The notes beneath the pieces were generated by a model. It saw only the letters and a program-made list of their open reading frames with translations, did no database searches and had not been told where the DNA came from. A stretch of DNA of 63,869 nucleotides, counting the filler, from Dimorphilus gyrociliatus (lineage: Eukaryota > Animalia > Annelida): the NCBI GenBank assembly GCA_904063045.1. It is 4 parts of 4 records of this genome, joined end to end, with 100 filler letters (N's around TTAATTAATTAA, not from the genome) between each part and the next. Parts side by side here need not be neighbours in the genome. Positions count along the whole stretch, not along the records: positions 57,078 to 63,869 come from CAJFCJ010000310.1; 3 more parts are not named here. One strand, 5' to 3'. Below, in pieces: positions 60,168 to 63,869 of this stretch. The position numbers and the translations under genes were made by a program. Every line of letters starts with the position of its first letter. Within the stretch, counting starts at the first letter, position 1.

Positions 60168-62112
60168 ATGAACAAATCTTTATTAATATCTTTTGGTAAG
60201 TAATTATTGTTCTGTCAACCTTTTCACAATTTTTCTACTGCTATAACCTTTTGCAGTTTTCTTCCATACTTGTCTACTACAAGTTGGTTATGCCCAGTTC
60301 AAATGCCCACTCGATTCCCAGTCAAAACCTATTGATGGGACATTTGCAGATCCAGACAATTGTGGCATTTACTACCAGTGTGTTAATGGAACTGCTCATC
60401 TTCAAGCTTGTCCACCTGGCCTTCACTTTAAATTTTCCATTGAAAATTGCAGTTACATAACATGTGTACATCCAGATTTCTCAGATTGTACATCAAAGTC
60501 ACATATTCAAATGTTGGATGAACACAAAGTATGCAAAGAATCAAATCAGGATTCATCTATTCCATGCTTTTTAAATAATAATGACATTGATGAATGTTTA
60601 CCAAATAAAAATGAAACTGTTGCCAATGAAATTGATTGTAGAATTTATTACCATTGTGTGAATGGTGTTGCTTGGCCACAACGTTGTCCAACCGGATACT
60701 TTTTTACACCAAATATCAATGTCAAAAAGTGCAATGTGAAAATGTGTGTTCCTTTCAATGAAGCTGGCTGTTCAATTCCTGGAGGATGGTCCGAATGGTC
60801 GGCATGGAGCAGTTGTAATACACCTTGTCAAGAACAAAAAAGAACTAGAACAAGAGAATGTAATAATCCTCCTCCTGCAAATGGCGGATTATACTGTCAA
60901 GGTGACTCAATAGAAGTAGAACAATGCCCAGTAATTTGCGAACGAAATCCAGCATTTATGGTATCTTTAGCAACATCTCGAACTTTGCAATATGGAAGAG
61001 TAAATTGGACATCTATTGATATAAATCGGCGGGGTTTATATGATGAATCAGATAGTAGTCTAAGGATTATCCAATCTGGAATGTACTACTTTTCAATGAC
61101 TGCATCAATCGAAAGTAATAGTAGTACTTCTCTGGAGCTTACAAATACAGGAAGAAGCATTGGTTTATTTAAACATGGTTCCTCAAGTGTTACAACTGAT
61201 TCTTCAACTAGAGCTGGATTGTTCTCACTCAGTAGACTTACTAGACCGAGTGTCAATCAGCGTCACACTTACTCAGATCTTATTGGAAGTGAAAATGGAA
61301 AGGAAACATCCTGGTTAGGTTTTTATTATAAAACTAACAGCTATTTATTTGCTGCTCGTGACTATTCAATAAACTATACTGATAGTGAGATATATTTACC
61401 AAGTGTTATTGCCTCGAGAAGTTTTTCAGTATATGGTTCAAAATTTAAGGTATTTGAAGATGGATACTATTTTATAAACTTTGGATCATCATCTAGAAGT
61501 TATAACCAATCTACAATCAAATTTATGACTAGTATTCATGGTTCAAAACTGCATAGCAGTATTACCGTTTCCAGCAGTGATAGACAACCAGTTTCACAAT
61601 CAATAAGTTTTGTTCAAAGACTAGTTGCCAATGAAGATATTTATTTATATAACTCTGAAGGCTTCCATTATTCAGATACTAATTCTCTAATTTATCTATG
61701 TTTATTCAAGTTAAATGAAAGTTTACCACTGTTTTCAATCTCTACAAACACACTGGGTTGTTCTTGGGAGGATTCCACAGTCACTTTTAGAAGAAGTCCT
61801 ATTGTGGACACTGAAAACAGTTGGCATAACAGAAGTACATATAGAGTTCCTGTTACTGGTACTTATTATATTGCATTCAATATACCAAGTGAAGATGAAA
61901 GAAAGAAAATTGAGATCTACGTTGACGTTAATGGATACAAAAAATCTCGAGTCTTCAAATCAAATAATTTTGATGGAAATAGATATCCTGGTTATGCATC
62001 TGGTGGAGTACTATTGAGTTTGTCAGAAAATGATAATCTAAAGTTGAAATTCAGTGGATGTATAGCTGATCATTTGAATGAAGGAACATTATCGATAATA
62101 TTAATACCTTGA
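60168..62112 (+). CDS. Secreted CBM14 x2 - TSP1 - C1q-like x3 protein, 2 exons, intact
   Basis: Exons 60168-60195 and 60257-62112 (phase 1). SP MNKSLLISFVFFHTCLLQVGYA. CBM14 DPDNCGIYYQCVNG..CPPGLHF and DCRIYYHCVNG..CPTGYFF. TSP1 GGWSEWSAWSSC..RTRTREC..C.G..C. Three C1q-like units (PAFMV..SGMYYFS; DGYYFINF; TYRVPVTGTYYIAF..LSENDNL). Confidence 0.88.
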
Positions 62113-62375
62113 TTATTGACCAATCAACATTAAAAATTAAATAAAATAATAATGATTTGTGTTGAAACACTTTTAGGTTATAGATTACTTCTTTGTAGAA
62201 GATATTTGTGTTGCCTTTAGTGATAATTTCATATTTTCTTTTCCTATTAGGATATTGATATTGAACTTGAAAACTTCAGCTTGTTTTAAATGCTTCTGAG
62301 AAAACTATAGACTTAACTTAATACTTGTTAATAGGAATGCTTAACAATGGCATTGTGAGTGAGGTTTTCACAATA

Positions 62376-62582
62376 CTATTTTATACAGTAGAGTAGTTTA
62401 CATTTAGAAAAGTTAATTTGTTTTAATGAAGAAGATAAAGATTTTAAAACATTGCATAAACTCTCGAATGAATGACATGTGCTTTTTATATCAATTATTG
62501 AGATTGATGTTAAGTGAAGACAATTTAAAAAAACATTTTCCCAACTGAACAAAAGCATCAGCTGTAAATTGAGTTTTCTCAA
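62376..62582 (-). pseudogene. RI-like LRR relic
   Basis: CHSFESLCNVLKSLSSSLKQINFSKCKL vs 1-1682 KHSFESICKGLKSSSNTLKHLNLSKCEL. Confidence 0.7.
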
Positions 62583-62986
62583 TCAATAGATTTTCAATTT
62601 GTGACACAATAGGTAAGCTATTAAATAAACTACAGTCTAATTTATAGATAATGTCTTGATTGGATGATCAGCCAGAAACTTAAAATTTCTTATTTTAGGC
62701 ACCTGAAAGTGGCTAAGAGTTGTACTTTTCCAAGATAATTTGTAACAAAAATAAATGCTTATCTAAGCAAAATACTAATAAATACTCTTATCAACTAATG
62801 TAAAAAAAGTAGGTTCCTTTATCAATGCAGCTAAAGTTCTTATAGTAAATTTCATGCGCATGTGAATCATTTTTTGAACTGTACCGTTAACATAACGAAG
62901 GAAAAAGTACCAGAATTGTTTCTGATAGCAGTTGCTATATATATATATGGAAAAGATAAATATGAATCATAATTTAAACTGTGCTG

Positions 62987-62996
62987 GTCATGTGAC
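62987..62996 (+). promoter_or_regulatory. GTCATGTGAC (M-box/E-box-like) about 105 nt upstream of the GNAT ATG
   Basis: Motif match only. Confidence 0.25.
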
Positions 62997-63101
62997 AAAA
63001 GAGAATGTAACATGTATATAAGGCGGTTGTAAATATTAGCATATGATACAGTATAAAAAAAATTCCAATATCTAAAATTTTAAAAGATAATAAGAATCAG
63101 G

Positions 63102-63869
63102 ATGTTTTTTATACAGTTCTTCTTAAATATTATCCGTGTCTCTAAGGATGATGATTTCTCATTAAAACCCCAATATAGGAAAACTAAAAATGTCTCTATA
63201 CGATACATGAGAGAAGAAGACATTGAAAGTGTTGCCGACTTATTAATAATTGGCTTTGAAAAGAAATTTAATTATGCGGTCGGAAAGGAAAATTTCAAGC
63301 TAGCACGTGATTTATATATACATCATCTAAGAAGCGATCAAAACTTGAGAGAAAGTCATTTAGTTGCTACTGTCAATAATAAAGTTAAAGGATTATGCAA
63401 AATGAAAACGTATAAATCGTAAGGAAAACTTTTTTCTATGGAAAACTAAAGAAACTAACAAACACTGTTTTTTTTTCACATTTCCTTAGAGATAAAGAAA
63501 TTTTAACAATGAAGTCACTGAAATTAATATTTAAATTACCTATATTATCAATCATCAGGACTGTATTAAGTTTTTGGGTGTTGGATTATATTTCAATATG
63601 TGAGCATGGAGAAGGCTATGTTGATTTATTTGCTGTTGATAGGGAATCTAGAGGTCTAGGTATTGGTCAAGCTCTATTAACCAGGGTAGAAGACTTGTAC
63701 AAAAGCATGGGCTGTGACGTAAGTAAATATAAAAGGCTATGTTAGCTATATAACCGTGTTTTTGCTTCTAACATTATAGAAAATATCACTTTATGTTGTA
63801 TTGCATAATTATGGAGCAAGACGTTTGTATGAGAAACATGGATTTATTACCACTAAAGTTCTTCTGGCA
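63102..63869 (+). CDS. GNAT family N-acetyltransferase, 3 exons visible, 3' truncated by the window edge
   Basis: Introns 63419-63489 and 63719-63779. Motif A YVDLFAVDRESRGLGIGQALL and motif B NYGARRLYEKHGF. Confidence 0.9.

Noticed and set aside
1-63869. CRISPR arrays, rRNA, tRNA, prokaryotic operons
   Set aside because: No regularly spaced repeat-spacer arrays or recognisable structural RNA genes were found; the genes are spliceosomal and eukaryotic.

Overview
AT-rich animal genomic DNA with very short introns (about 50-75 nt), consistent with a compact lophotrochozoan genome such as a dinophilid annelid (inference). It comprises four contigs joined by 100-bp N44-TTAATTAATTAA-N44 linkers (28288-28387, 46341-46440, 56978-57077), so adjacency across the gaps is not guaranteed. 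Content: (1) four paralogous LGR type C2/GRL101-like receptor loci (A 5408-14191, B 28411-34805, C 36249-42844, D 57078-59445 minus), with degenerate SRCR-like + C-type-lectin-like + LDLa + LRR + 7TM modules. In A and C the 7TM is followed by exons resembling a truncated pseudokinase. (2) A 10.5-kb GC-rich head-to-tail array of Utopia/NeSL-type REL non-LTR retrotransposons. Two of its copies are exact GT-AG splice products of the first, and the units are joined by a U2 snRNA-like 20-mer. (3) RI-like LRR genes and pseudogenes, an SDR9C-type dehydrogenase, a melatonin-receptor-like GPCR, a CTLD-PAN-FA58C gene, a CBM14x2-TSP1-C1q x3 gene, a discoidin x2-FAMeT gene and an intron-containing GNAT. 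(4) A BEL/Pao element inserted in TM5 of receptor B, plus MULE and Tc1 relics, MITE-like inverted repeats and a small TTAGGG-seeded repeat family. No rRNA, tRNA or CRISPR arrays were recognised. All domain calls come from motif reading by eye; no searches were run.
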